A stretch of 35,473 nucleotides of DNA from a virus. Taxonomy: Duplodnaviria; Caudoviricetes. This document shows positions 25,367-34,387 of the stretch, in pieces. The notes under the pieces are model-generated. The model made no database searches, had not been told where the DNA came from, and saw nothing but the letters and a program-made list of their open reading frames with translations. The first letter of the stretch is position 1; each line of letters starts with the position of its first letter. Position numbers and translations under genes: made by a program. The stretch is from the IMG/VR virus record IMGVR_UViG_3300042363_000337, positions 1-35,473 of that record; one strand, given 5' to 3'.

Positions 25367-25785
25367 TTGGCACCTCCAATCCTTTGAGCTTCTAGAATCG
25401 GGAGATTCGCCTCGGTCGGGATATAGACCACGGTCTTTCCCTGATTCTGATTAGCGACTTCCGTTATCCATAGATACCGCAGATACGCTTCATTCTCACG
25501 AAGCGACTCCCCGATAATCTTGTTTGCTGCGGCTACACCTCTCGCCCTCTCTATTTCGGCTTGAGCAAGAAGGCTTGCGGCCTCCATCTTGGCTTTTGCC
25601 TCCGATACAGCTACTTGCTTCGATGATAGAGACTTGGCAAGTAAAGCCTCCCCGTCCATGCGTTGCGAATACACCGCATATTTTGGGCAACCAACCATAC
25701 CAAGGGTAACGAGGCCCGTGATTAGCATTACAACAAATCCAATCACAGACATGATGGACAAGGTGGACGGGTTGCTGTTGCTCAT
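25363..25785 (-). CDS. Membrane-anchored SPFH/prohibitin-like protein
   Basis: N-terminal TM helix; AEIERARGVA..NKIIGESL...YLRYLW...YIPTEANLPILE. Confidence 0.7.
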   Translation of the reverse strand: MSNSNPSTLSIMSVIGFVVMLITGLVTLGMVGCPKYAVYSQRMDGEALLAKSLSSKQVAVSEAKAKMEAASLLAQAEIERARGVAAANKIIGESLRENEAYLRYLWITEVANQNQGKTVVYIPTEANLPILEAQRIGGAK

Positions 25786-26834
25786 GCGGCCTCCTTTACG
25801 AGAACGGGTTCACCCTGCTTGCTCTCAATGATCCCAGATAGGGCAGATTCAAAGGCTTGCTTCGCCTCCTTACCCTTCAGCCCTTTGGCCTCTGCAAATG
25901 CCTTCTCTAGCTTCGGAACCGATACGGATACGGCACCCATGAAGAGTTGAGTGTCTATGTCACAGGCGGCAAATGCGGCCTCTGCATCCTCAATCTTCCG
26001 AGTCGTGCGACCATCCTTGAGCGTGTAGCCCTTGATGGTGATGCCACTCTTGAGCCTGCGTTCGGCCTCCATCTCCACGGCCTCAATGAATCCCTTCACG
26101 GCACCTCGGTTATTCAGCACCTCTAGGATCTGATCCTCTGACAGCGCCGGCACCTCAAGGGGAGTCTTGGTTGCCATCGTGAGGGCGGCAGACTTCACCT
26201 CTGGGCAGATGGCCTTTGCCCTGCACCACTTGCAAGCCTCGTTGCTAGGGATGCGGGGGGCATCCTTTGCGTAGACTGCCTTGATGATTCCGTGGATCTC
26301 GGCCTTTGCCAGAGCAAGAGCCTCGGAGTCGTATCGGGCAATCGTTGTCCCTCCTGCACGGGGGGCAATGACTGCCACGATGATGTTCTCAAGGTGGGGG
26401 AAGCGATGCTTGGCAAGCACGGCATAAGCCCTCATTTGAAGGTTGCTTTCTGCCGGGTCTACTTCGCCTCGTCCCGTCTTGTAATCCACCACCAGGGCAT
26501 CCGACTCTCCGATGAAGTCGATACGATCTAGTGACCCACTCCACTCTCCATCTACCCAGATGCGCTCCTCGGTCTTGGTAGTCACCGGCATAGTGCCGAT
26601 GAATTGTAGTGCGATCTCGTCGTAGGCGGCTCGGCATAGGCGGACAAGCTCCATGCCCTCCTCGGTCAAGTCTCCCTTGCCTCCTGCCAGTACCCAATGC
26701 ACATCGTTTCCTAGCTTGGCATATGAAGTCTCTTGGTCAGGTAGGCCACGCTGCATCTGCCATGATCCGGGGCAGAGGAAGTATTGCTTGGCGGCAGAAC
26801 CGCTTGGCTTTCCCTTGCGGATGTCGCTGCTCAT
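25782..26834 (-). CDS. PD-(D/E)XK exonuclease (DUF2800/Cas4-like)
   Basis: CPGS, GSLD, VVDYKTG, NLQMRAY, CKWCRAKAIC; adjacent to bet. Confidence 0.85.
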   Translation of the reverse strand: MSSDIRKGKPSGSAAKQYFLCPGSWQMQRGLPDQETSYAKLGNDVHWVLAGGKGDLTEEGMELVRLCRAAYDEIALQFIGTMPVTTKTEERIWVDGEWSGSLDRIDFIGESDALVVDYKTGRGEVDPAESNLQMRAYAVLAKHRFPHLENIIVAVIAPRAGGTTIARYDSEALALAKAEIHGIIKAVYAKDAPRIPSNEACKWCRAKAICPEVKSAALTMATKTPLEVPALSEDQILEVLNNRGAVKGFIEAVEMEAERRLKSGITIKGYTLKDGRTTRKIEDAEAAFAACDIDTQLFMGAVSVSVPKLEKAFAEAKGLKGKEAKQAFESALSGIIESKQGEPVLVKEAA

Positions 26835-27532
26835 GGTTGCACCTCCTCATTCCATTCGATGTCTTGAGTCTCTAGGGAGTCCTCGCGCATCTCTGGGAGG
26901 GGTTCCTCCTCGATGGGGGCGGGTTCGGGTTGCTTGAGCGCCTTCTTAAAGATGGGCTTGGAAACCACCGTGACCTTCTCGTTGTTACGGGCCACATCCT
27001 GCGCCTCGTCGATGTCCGTGATTCCAGACACACCAAAGGCAACACGGGCGGCTTCCTTCACGACCTTGTGGCGTAACATCCTACGGGGGAACTGCTTCCA
27101 AGGCTCCGTGTTGCGGGAGCATTCGCTGAAGTATTCCGTGACCTTGGTCGGGTGCGACCGATCCTTGCGATGCACGATTGCCGTGCAGGACACCGGCTTG
27201 CCTTGGGCATCATCGGCATACTCAAACTCCATGCCGTCGAATTGCGGCTGGCTATTGAGGATGTGCAGCCACCCATCCACGCTCACGACCGGCTGGATAC
27301 CTCCCTTGCTTGGGAATCCGAATATCTGACGGGTGAGGGGGTCGAGGTTGTATTTCTGACTGACTGCTACCAGGGTCAGAAGCTCCTCATTGGTTGCACC
27401 CTTAAAGACCGTGGCCTTGAGGGTGTTCATCAGCTTGTCAGGATCAACGCTCAAGCGTTGGGCCATGAGGGTGAGGGCGTTCGTCTTTCCCTCGTACTTG
27501 ACCGCGAGGGCGGTCTGGGATTGGTTACTCAT
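26831..27532 (-). CDS. bet: Single-strand annealing recombinase, lambda Red beta family
   Basis: YNLDPLTRQIFGFP.KGGIQPVVSVDGW...PWKQFPRRMLRHK. Confidence 0.92.
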   Translation of the reverse strand: MSNQSQTALAVKYEGKTNALTLMAQRLSVDPDKLMNTLKATVFKGATNEELLTLVAVSQKYNLDPLTRQIFGFPSKGGIQPVVSVDGWLHILNSQPQFDGMEFEYADDAQGKPVSCTAIVHRKDRSHPTKVTEYFSECSRNTEPWKQFPRRMLRHKVVKEAARVAFGVSGITDIDEAQDVARNNEKVTVVSKPIFKKALKQPEPAPIEEEPLPEMREDSLETQDIEWNEEVQP

Positions 27533-27565
27533 AGCTTCGGGGTTCTTTTAGAAGGGTTCTCCGGG

Positions 27566-27712
27566 CTACTTGAGGTCAGGGGACTGCAATCCCTTGGCCT
27601 CTCTCTCGTTGTAGGGTTCGTAGTCGTCACGGGCGGTGATGCGACCTAGGAAGAAGGCAATCAATCCTGACAGGAAGAAGCCTCCAGTTGTGATGTAGTC
27701 GGGTGTGTTCAT
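27566..27712 (-). CDS. 48 aa membrane peptide (not in ORF track)
   Basis: MNTPDYITTGGFFLSGLIAFFLGRITARDD...; one TM segment. Confidence 0.5.
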   Translation of the reverse strand: MNTPDYITTGGFFLSGLIAFFLGRITARDDYEPYNEREAKGLQSPDLK

Positions 27713-27975
27713 GGTGTCGGTATGTTTTCGGTTTGTTTTGTTTGGGTTGGACTAACTACTAACGCTGCAAAAAGGAGTTGAGCTTCATGTAGGAGGGGCG
27801 CTTGTCGGGTGACTGCGCATCCCACCAAGAGCGAAGGCTTGAGACGAATGCGCGGATCATTTGAAACGAGTTGCGCTGACGGTGAGGGCAAGAAGGCCGA
27901 ACAGGATTCCGCAGGCGATGATGTCGAGCTTGGTCATGGTTAAAAAAGCGTTGCCATTGATATGCTGTTCATCTA

Positions 27976-28137
27976 TCAATCCGCTTCCTCTTCGACTTGC
28001 TCCTGGTGGATCATCTTCAAGATGCCCCTGACGTAGTTGCTGATAGGCCGGTCGTGTACCGCAGCCTGCTCTTTAATTTGCTTAAACAGATCGGGGTCTA
28101 CGCTGACCGCGATGGTGATCTTTTTTGTTTTCGACAT
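27976..28137 (-). CDS. 53 aa Arc/CopG-like ribbon-helix-helix regulator (not in ORF track)
   Basis: MSKTKKITIAVSVDPDLFKQIKEQAAVHDRPISNYVRGILK; first gene after a promoter. Confidence 0.8.
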   Translation of the reverse strand: MSKTKKITIAVSVDPDLFKQIKEQAAVHDRPISNYVRGILKMIHQEQVEEEAD

Positions 28138-28225
28138 TGGGTTGCTGTTGAGGTTGGTAGCACCCGTTATTCATGACATATATTGCAGATGCAGTTTTGT
28201 CGTGGATAAGCGGATTGCTTATGCG

Positions 28226-28253
28226 AGACTACGCGTTTTAATTATGCCGTCAA
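28226..28253 (-). promoter_or_regulatory. Early-operon sigma70-like promoter
   Basis: TTGACG-N16-TAGTCT with an A-rich upstream tract. Confidence 0.6.
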
Positions 28254-28284
28254 CAACTTTTCTGAACTTTTTTTAAAAAAAGTT

Positions 28285-28734
28285 CTACTCTGACAAATTC
28301 AATGCTTTAGCAATGAAAGCACCCCTCGCTTCGTCTTTTCGGAGTTCGTCGAGCTTTTCCCAACTCGCTTTGTTCATGGCAACGGAACGGGTAATCATGG
28401 TGCGGCCTTTGCCACTACCAGATTTTCTGCCGGCGCCTGCCCTGCGCCCTCCTCTTGGCTTGCGGTAGAGGCGTAGACCAAGGGCCATTCCATTGACCAC
28501 CAATCCCCCTACGGACTCGCTCCCGTAGCTGTCATTTACGAGTCGTCGGATGGTTTTCTTTTTGGGATCTGGTTCGCCGGGAACCCACCTACCATCGGCC
28601 TCTACGGACAGCAGGGGCTTTAGCGTGATCCAATATCCCTGGCGGTTGGTGATGCGAAAATACAACCATGCTCTTGTGTCGTTTCCGATCTTGGCGACCA
28701 CCGTGTTTCCCCGCACAAATGCGTTGATATTCAT
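28285..28734 (-). CDS. Protein with unknown N-domain and C-terminal GGxRxGAGRK/RHH-like module
   Basis: GGRRAGAGRK...RSVAMNKASWEKLDELR...RGAFIAKAL. Confidence 0.65.
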   Translation of the reverse strand: MNINAFVRGNTVVAKIGNDTRAWLYFRITNRQGYWITLKPLLSVEADGRWVPGEPDPKKKTIRRLVNDSYGSESVGGLVVNGMALGLRLYRKPRGGRRAGAGRKSGSGKGRTMITRSVAMNKASWEKLDELRKDEARGAFIAKALNLSE

Positions 28735-28921
28735 GCTTCAACTTCTGCCCAAACATGATTCTTGCCAACTACTTTTTCTGTAGATGTAAACACAAGAGGA
28801 TACTGGACATCTTTAATCAATGTTAATTGCGTACCCCCCCCCCCCATAATGACTTACAAATATATCTTTATTTAATCTTCGTAAGTTCTGTGAATGTCTT
28901 ATGAAGTAATGTGAAAAGGTG

Positions 28922-29176
28922 TTATTTATGAATCCTTCGCCACCCGTCTGCCCACAGAACTGATGCCATGCGTTGAGCGATTTTCACGATGGTTTCTTCC
29001 GGGTATTCGGGCCAAATGCAATGGGCTACCTCATGTATGGTACTATCAAGCCTGTCCTTGGACTTCTGCCTTGGGTCTAGTTCAATATGCGGCACTTTTC
29101 CATGCCAGCACAATCCTAGGGCAGCTTCCTTGCCGAGCTTCCTCTCCGTCAAGCGGATGGTTTTCGGGAATTGCAT
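28922..29176 (-). CDS. Small HExxH zincin-like metallopeptidase
   Basis: LGLC...IELDP...TIHEVAHC...EE. Confidence 0.7.
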   Translation of the reverse strand: MQFPKTIRLTERKLGKEAALGLCWHGKVPHIELDPRQKSKDRLDSTIHEVAHCIWPEYPEETIVKIAQRMASVLWADGWRRIHK

Positions 29177-29427
29177 GGAAGGATGCGAAAATGCGGCACG
29201 GGGTAGAGCTTGTAGCCGGTGGTGATGACGAACTTGCGCCTTTCGACTAGGCCGAGCTTCACGGCCTCGCGGAGATGCTTGTTGGTTTGGCAGTTGGATT
29301 TGCCCGTTTCCTTGGCGATCTGGGCAACGGTCTTGAACCCTGGTGGCACCTCGTCGGCAGTTTTCTTGCCGGCGTGAGTCAGGACTTTTAGCCAGTCGTT
29401 TGCGGTTTTTACAGGGGCAGTCGCCAT
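29149..29427 (-). CDS. Winged-HTH protein
   Basis: PPGFKTVAQIAKETGKS...LREAVKLGLVERR; ATG 29427. Confidence 0.65.
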   Translation of the reverse strand: MATAPVKTANDWLKVLTHAGKKTADEVPPGFKTVAQIAKETGKSNCQTNKHLREAVKLGLVERRKFVITTGYKLYPVPHFRILPCNSRKPSA

Positions 29428-30158
29428 GTTTCGTTGTGGTTGCGTTGGGTGATGTGAAGCGATGATTGATTTAGTTCTTCGCAGTATTCCCCCCAGAGGA
29501 ATGCTTGCGTCCACGCTAGGGTGGCGCGGCGGGTATTGGCGTAGTCCATGCCGCCTCTCTGGGTAAGGGTGCCGATGTTGTAACCCGTGCCGCCGGTCAT
29601 GGTGCGCGACGATTGGACGCTGACTTTATGGGTATGACCGAACGCTACTTTGGTGCGCTTGCCGTTGCAGTAGGTCTCTGCCATGTCGCGGCTTGCCATC
29701 TCATTGAAGATGCTCCCGTGCGTGAACCCGATGTCGGCAATATCTACCATCTGGAAAATGCCATCGTAGGGAACGAGGCGGGCCTTGAGCTTCTGGCAAG
29801 TCTGCTCCATTGCCTCAACTATCTTGAAAGCTGCATACGCAACAGGGGCATTGGGTGATGACCTTGCCTTAAACGCTCTGACTTCATGGTTGCCGCATAG
29901 GACGATTTGAGGGCGCAACTCGCGGAGGTGTTGCAGGCCGGTGTCAATGTCGGGGATTAGCGGCTCGGCTTCCGAGACTCCCTTGGCGCCACTCATCAGG
30001 GAAGTGAGGTCTACGAAATCGCCTAGATGCAACGTGGTCGTCGGCTTGAATCGCTCCTTGAAGGTCAGGACGGCCTTCCACGCTTCTTTATCGACGTAAC
30101 GAGCATGGGAGCAGGAAACAGCCATCAGCCGCTTCCACTTGTGGGTGATGTTCGCCAT
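29409..30158 (-). CDS. Calcineurin-like metallophosphoesterase
   Basis: SCSH, LGDFVD, GNHE, THG, GHTH motifs. Confidence 0.9.
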   Translation of the reverse strand: MANITHKWKRLMAVSCSHARYVDKEAWKAVLTFKERFKPTTTLHLGDFVDLTSLMSGAKGVSEAEPLIPDIDTGLQHLRELRPQIVLCGNHEVRAFKARSSPNAPVAYAAFKIVEAMEQTCQKLKARLVPYDGIFQMVDIADIGFTHGSIFNEMASRDMAETYCNGKRTKVAFGHTHKVSVQSSRTMTGGTGYNIGTLTQRGGMDYANTRRATLAWTQAFLWGEYCEELNQSSLHITQRNHNETWRLPL

Positions 30159-30475
30159 CAGTCGTTTGATTGCTTGTGACGGTGCCTTGGAGGGTGGGAG
30201 TCGGTGAGGTCTTTAATCATGCCTGCCGCTTCGTGTAGGCCGACTTCATCGGTTGCCATGAGTTCGGCAACGGCGCGGATCGCTTTGAGGCGCTTGCGGA
30301 GGTGGTGAAAATAACTCACGAGGTCGAGTATTTCGTCTTCAAGCTGATCGGCATACCACTCGGCGCCGGCACTCCAGAATGCCGTGCGATGCTCTGCCTG
30401 CCCCCGTAGGTACTTGGCGATGCCTTTTTGGGATGCGTCACCCCATATGTCCTCTGCGTCTCGTTCTGGTGTCAT
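30158..30475 (-). CDS. Small helical protein, possibly MazG-like NTP pyrophosphatase fold
   Basis: KY..GQ.EH...LEDEILDLVSY resembles the EExxD motif. Confidence 0.5.
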   Translation of the reverse strand: MTPERDAEDIWGDASQKGIAKYLRGQAEHRTAFWSAGAEWYADQLEDEILDLVSYFHHLRKRLKAIRAVAELMATDEVGLHEAAGMIKDLTDSHPPRHRHKQSND

Positions 30476-30477
30476 GG

Positions 30478-30666
30478 CTAGAAGTAGTAGTAATCCTCGT
30501 CCTCGTTGGACTCGCGGGGACGGGACTTGGGCTTGAGCGTTTTGACTGCCTTGCGGATCGCGTCACGATTGGAGATTGCGGTAGCTCCGACCACACGGGG
30601 TTCAGCGCCGGCGTCAATCGCTTGCAGGATCTCGGCTAGGCAGTTGCTTGCGGTCTCGTTGTTCAT
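30478..30666 (-). CDS. Hypothetical protein
   Basis: ATGA-coupled to the endolysin. Confidence 0.55.
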   Translation of the reverse strand: MNNETASNCLAEILQAIDAGAEPRVVGATAISNRDAIRKAVKTLKPKSRPRESNEDEDYYYF

Positions 30667-31109
30667 ACGATTGGCTTGCCGGCTTTTACCCTCTCGCGCA
30701 TCTGGGCAAGCGTGAGGCCGGTCTTAAACTCGACATGGGGTTCATCCACGAATTTCCAAGAACCACCCCACTCCAGCGCAGGGAACTTGGCGACGATCTT
30801 CCCGATGTGATCGTAAAAGGGGGAGTCGCCCAGATACTTGCCGCCTACGAATAACCCAAGGTCGATTGCGAGGCCGAAATTATGTCGCGACTCTCCAGCT
30901 CTGGACTTCGTAACTATCTTCCCTGGCTTCGTGCGGCCTTGAGCGTAGATCGCGTCCTGCTCTGCGTAGGTACGGGTTCCGCAGATGACGATGCAATCCA
31001 CACCCTTCTCTTGGAAGTATTTCTTGGCCTCAAGGACAAAAGCCTCCATGACGGGCTTCACCTTGGGGAGCAAGGTGTCGAGGTTCTTCTGTGAGCGGGC
31101 GTCGATCAT
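30663..31109 (-). CDS. Endolysin, peptidase M15 (L-Ala-D-Glu peptidase-like)
   Basis: RTYAEQDAIYAQGRT, SRHNFGLAID, EWGGSW..DEPH; ATG 31109. Confidence 0.92.
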   Translation of the reverse strand: MIDARSQKNLDTLLPKVKPVMEAFVLEAKKYFQEKGVDCIVICGTRTYAEQDAIYAQGRTKPGKIVTKSRAGESRHNFGLAIDLGLFVGGKYLGDSPFYDHIGKIVAKFPALEWGGSWKFVDEPHVEFKTGLTLAQMRERVKAGKPIV

Positions 31110-31510
31110 TTGGAGACTCCCTTGACCTTTTCCCATGACCTAAAGCCTCCCAATCCAAGGAGGCCGAACAACACGGTATTCAGCGCATCATGGTCGAGGG
31201 CAACCACCGGCGCCGGCTGCTTCGTGTAGAGGGTGTAGGCGAACGAGAAGAAGGGTTGGATGACGAACTGCCATGCAAAGGCCGTGGCGCATACCCACCC
31301 GACACATGGTCGCCATCCTGCAACAAAGATGTTGGAAGAACCGGCCTCGACTTGATTGATCTCTGCCTGCGCTTTTGCGGCATCCGCTTCAATCTGGATC
31401 AACTGCTGTTGAAGCTCGGCTTGGATCTTGATCTGTGCATCCCGATCAGGGATGAACTTGTTCACGATGCCTCCTATCGTCGTGACCATTTGGGGAATAT
31501 CCCAAGTCAT
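31106..31510 (-). CDS. Holin, 3-TM (GTA-type) family
   Basis: FVAGWRPCVGWVC...LLGLGGFRSWEK; adjacent to the endolysin. Confidence 0.88.
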   Translation of the reverse strand: MTWDIPQMVTTIGGIVNKFIPDRDAQIKIQAELQQQLIQIEADAAKAQAEINQVEAGSSNIFVAGWRPCVGWVCATAFAWQFVIQPFFSFAYTLYTKQPAPVVALDHDALNTVLFGLLGLGGFRSWEKVKGVSK

Positions 31511-31516
31511 AAAAGT

Positions 31517-31795
31517 CTATTTTAGCAGCTTGTCCTCGATACGTTTAGTCCTCATGTCTATCTGCTGAAGGGTAGCGAGTGCCGCTGCTAACATCTCGCG
31601 CCTCTGGGCGTTGTCCTGTTGCATCTCGGCAATGCGGACATCCTGCAACTCGTTCGCCTTCTCTACCCGTTCCATGCGGCTTGGAAGGACTGCGTAGATG
31701 GTGAAGTAGGTTAGGCAGGCTACGATGCCGGCCCCTGCTCCGATGGCGGAGACGGCAATAGAAAAGGGGTGTGGAAGCGTTGCTGAACTACTCAT
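31517..31795 (-). CDS. Membrane-anchored coiled-coil protein in the lysis region
   Basis: N-terminal TM segment plus coiled coil. Confidence 0.6.
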   Translation of the reverse strand: MSSSATLPHPFSIAVSAIGAGAGIVACLTYFTIYAVLPSRMERVEKANELQDVRIAEMQQDNAQRREMLAAALATLQQIDMRTKRIEDKLLK

Positions 31796-31805
31796 TTAAC
31801 ATCGT

Positions 31806-32030
31806 CTACCTGACTGATGTTAAATAGGCAAGAGAAACCGCAATATAAATGACTGCGCCGGTGATGTTATCGTCTTTGTAGCCCTTTTTCAGAAGCTCGG
31901 TGCGAACCTCGTTGTAGCCGATTTGGGTCAACACTACCCCAGGATACTTTTCCTTTGAGAGCTTGAGAACCCGGCGCCTTGCGACAGGGTAGCAGCGGAT
32001 TAAAAGCCAGAGGTCGCGGAGGAGTTTCAT
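31806..32030 (-). CDS. Hypothetical protein
   Basis: Packed ORF with a hydrophobic C-terminus. Confidence 0.5.
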   Translation of the reverse strand: MKLLRDLWLLIRCYPVARRRVLKLSKEKYPGVVLTQIGYNEVRTELLKKGYKDDNITGAVIYIAVSLAYLTSVR

Positions 32031-32288
32031 CTAGGCCGAGTGCTGGGCAATCAGGTCGCGGAGTTGCTGTTGGACATCGGCGGGCAGGAGTGCTGCGGCA
32101 CGGAAGGCATCTTCGTTTTCCTGCATGACGCGCTGGATTTCTGCGGCATCGTAGGAGGCCAGTACTTCCTCCACCCTTGCAAGAAGGTAGGCTTCGGGGG
32201 TGGTCGGCTCGGCATCTTCGACGGCGTTGAGTCGGGCGACGATGGCGTTGAGGCCGGAGAGTTTGTCGGGGGAGATGATTAGTTGCAT
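32031..32288 (-). CDS. Hypothetical protein (tail-fibre region)
   Basis: Packed ORF. Confidence 0.6.
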   Translation of the reverse strand: MQLIISPDKLSGLNAIVARLNAVEDAEPTTPEAYLLARVEEVLASYDAAEIQRVMQENEDAFRAAALLPADVQQQLRDLIAQHSA

Positions 32289-32335
32289 GGGAATGGGAAA
32301 GTTATCGCGCAGGGACGCAGAGGCGCAGAGATGGG

Positions 32336-32518
32336 CTATTCATTTCCTGAGTTCTTGATTTCCTGATTATCTTCTCCGTCCTGCTTGATCGCGGCGGCGA
32401 GGACTTCGATGGCTTGCTGTATGGCGATGTAGCCAGCACGGGAAATCTGGCCTTGGGCTTTTGGCTCAAGAGCTTCGCTGAGGAGCTGGAGGGCTTCGGT
32501 TGGGGTCATGTTTTGCAT
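32336..32518 (-). CDS. Small hypothetical protein (possible fibre chaperone)
   Basis: ORF after a fibre-like gene. Confidence 0.55.
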   Translation of the reverse strand: MQNMTPTEALQLLSEALEPKAQGQISRAGYIAIQQAIEVLAAAIKQDGEDNQEIKNSGNE

Positions 32519-32546
32519 AGGTGTTTAGGCTGAAGGCTGAAGGCTG

Positions 32547-33413
32547 TTAGGATAGAGTCAGGGAGGCGGAGCGGGTCGTGCCGTCTGATCCGCGATAGCG
32601 GATGGTCAGGGAGGTGTTCGATGTCGCTTCAAAGGCAAGATCGCCATTCGTCGCCAGCGTCACCGAGGCGGCGGGGATCATGACAGGGGCGGTCAGCTTG
32701 AGGACATTGCCGCTTGCTCCCGTACCGTTGCCTGTTGCAGTGAGCGTGAAGACACCGCCTGTGGTGGAGGTAATGTCGAGGCGGCGGCCGTTATTTATGT
32801 CTGTGAACGTGTTGTAGAGACGGAATGCCTGTGCATTCGTGCCGTTGCGCAGGGCTAACGTGTTGGCGGCGTCTCTGGCGAGGATCGTGTCGATTGTTCC
32901 TTGCGCGTCATTTCCATTGGTGAAACAAAAAGATCCATCGGATCGAAGTCTGAACTGACTGCTATTGCTACAGTTAAAAAAGTTTAATCCAGAAACCTGA
33001 TAAGACAGTCCAGAGCTGCTAAACCGAAACCCCGTGTTGGCAGTTGAGAAGTATAAAGCTGGGTTTGTCCCATCCCCCGTGAATCTAGCCAAGCATTTCT
33101 TATCCACGCTGAACCGACTCGTTCCCGATGTCTGAAGATCCAGCAAGCAACTCGTTGCCGCACTCGCGGTGTCGGTGATGTTGAGCAAGATGCCCCTTGC
33201 AACACCCGTCGTGTTCCACGTTCCCGACAGATCCAGCAACGGGGTCGTGTTCGCGCCAGTCACCGAGTAGCTCGCAGTCAGGGCAGAGGTGTTCGCGGAT
33301 GCCGTGATCGTCTGGCCATCGGTGAAGGTATTAGCACCGAGAGTCGCGCCACCTCCACCACCCGATCCGACCAGATCCAGCTTTCCCGTGAGGGGGTTGA
33401 ATTGGTAGCCCAT
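32547..33413 (-). CDS. Tail fibre/appendage-like protein
   Basis: FNPLTGKLDL.GSGGGG N-terminus; Thr/Gly/Ser-rich beta-type body. Confidence 0.7.
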   Translation of the reverse strand: MGYQFNPLTGKLDLVGSGGGGGATLGANTFTDGQTITASANTSALTASYSVTGANTTPLLDLSGTWNTTGVARGILLNITDTASAATSCLLDLQTSGTSRFSVDKKCLARFTGDGTNPALYFSTANTGFRFSSSGLSYQVSGLNFFNCSNSSQFRLRSDGSFCFTNGNDAQGTIDTILARDAANTLALRNGTNAQAFRLYNTFTDINNGRRLDITSTTGGVFTLTATGNGTGASGNVLKLTAPVMIPAASVTLATNGDLAFEATSNTSLTIRYRGSDGTTRSASLTLS

Positions 33414-33415
33414 GA

Positions 33416-33835
33416 CTAGCTCTTGGTGACGCTGACGAGATCGCTGCCGCTATAGGCAAGCGTGAGGGTGGCAACCGTGGTGCCACTAGAACCACCCGTC
33501 TTATAGACCACACTCGTAAGGTTCCCCGATGTGTAGGAGAGGGAGATGTAATCATTCGGCGGAATCGCCATGCCTGCAATCGAGGCGGCACTTGCCTTCG
33601 TTGCTGCGACATCGGCAGCAGTCGTGGTCAGGAGGGCGTTGGTCGTGTCCTGCTTGTTCTCTATATCCGAGAGATCCGCAGTCAGATTGGCTTCCGTATC
33701 CACAAGCAACCTCCCCGTGGTTGCGTCCACCAGGAGGGGTGCTGCCGGCCCTGTCTGCTCAACGGCAGGGAGGGCATCGCCACTTGTCCATCGGACAGCG
33801 GGACGGGTCAGGTGCGGATTGAGGAAGTCGGACAT
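33416..33835 (-). CDS. Virion appendage/adaptor-like protein
   Basis: DYISLSYTSGNLTSVVYKTGG...VATLTLAY C-terminal domain. Confidence 0.6.
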   Translation of the reverse strand: MSDFLNPHLTRPAVRWTSGDALPAVEQTGPAAPLLVDATTGRLLVDTEANLTADLSDIENKQDTTNALLTTTAADVAATKASAASIAGMAIPPNDYISLSYTSGNLTSVVYKTGGSSGTTVATLTLAYSGSDLVSVTKS

Positions 33836-33838
33836 GGA

Positions 33839-33961
33839 CTACTTCTTTTTCTCGACGACAGGGGATTCCTCGACGGGAGCCTCAACGGGTTTCTCAACCT
33901 CGCTGAAGGTTTCGATGGTCAGGATGTCGGAAGTCTGGGGATGAGTTTCGAGTGAGGGCAT
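33839..33961 (-). CDS. 40 aa acidic peptide (not in ORF track)
   Basis: MPSLETHPQTSDILTIETFSEVEKPVEAPVEESPVVEKKK fills the gap between two genes. Confidence 0.4.
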   Translation of the reverse strand: MPSLETHPQTSDILTIETFSEVEKPVEAPVEESPVVEKKK

Positions 33962-33978
33962 GATCGTGGAGGTTGGGG

Positions 33979-34386
33979 TTAGTTGAGAATGTCGGGCCAA
34001 GTTTCCTTGATTTCAGGAAGCGTGTCGGGGAGGGGGAGCTTGGTCACGTCGCGAAGCTGTTGCTTTTTGACTGCGATGGCAGAGGCGGCAACGGAGTCTT
34101 CCACCTCAATCGCCTTCATGTAGTCCACATCCAGCTTGGAGAGGATCGGCTTCCTCGCCTCGCGGAACTTGTCCAAATGGAGGGACTTCGCCTTGTCGAT
34201 ATTGACCTCTGCTCCTGCTTCCTCGTTGAAGTCGTAGGCGTTGAAGTAGTCGTTCTCAATTTCGAGAACATCCACGATCTTGTATGGAACGCCTTCGGGA
34301 ACATCCTTGATGCAGTCTTCAATAGCTCCGCAGGGAATGATGACCGCGACTTGTCCGTTTTCTTGGGGGTAGGTGATGAAGGGCAT
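33979..34386 (-). CDS. Tail fibre assembly/chaperone protein
   Basis: KDVPEGVPY...REARKPIL..LD...KQQLRDVT; directly after the fibre gene. Confidence 0.7.
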   Translation of the reverse strand: MPFITYPQENGQVAVIIPCGAIEDCIKDVPEGVPYKIVDVLEIENDYFNAYDFNEEAGAEVNIDKAKSLHLDKFREARKPILSKLDVDYMKAIEVEDSVAASAIAVKKQQLRDVTKLPLPDTLPEIKETWPDILN

Positions 34387-34387
34387 A

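Noticed and set aside
25782-26834. Cas4 as evidence of a CRISPR system
   Set aside because: Solo Cas4-like nuclease beside bet, consistent with a recombination exonuclease; no cas operon or array.
32528-32546. Short GGCTGAA tandem repeat
   Set aside because: Under three copies in a short spacer; could be chance slippage.
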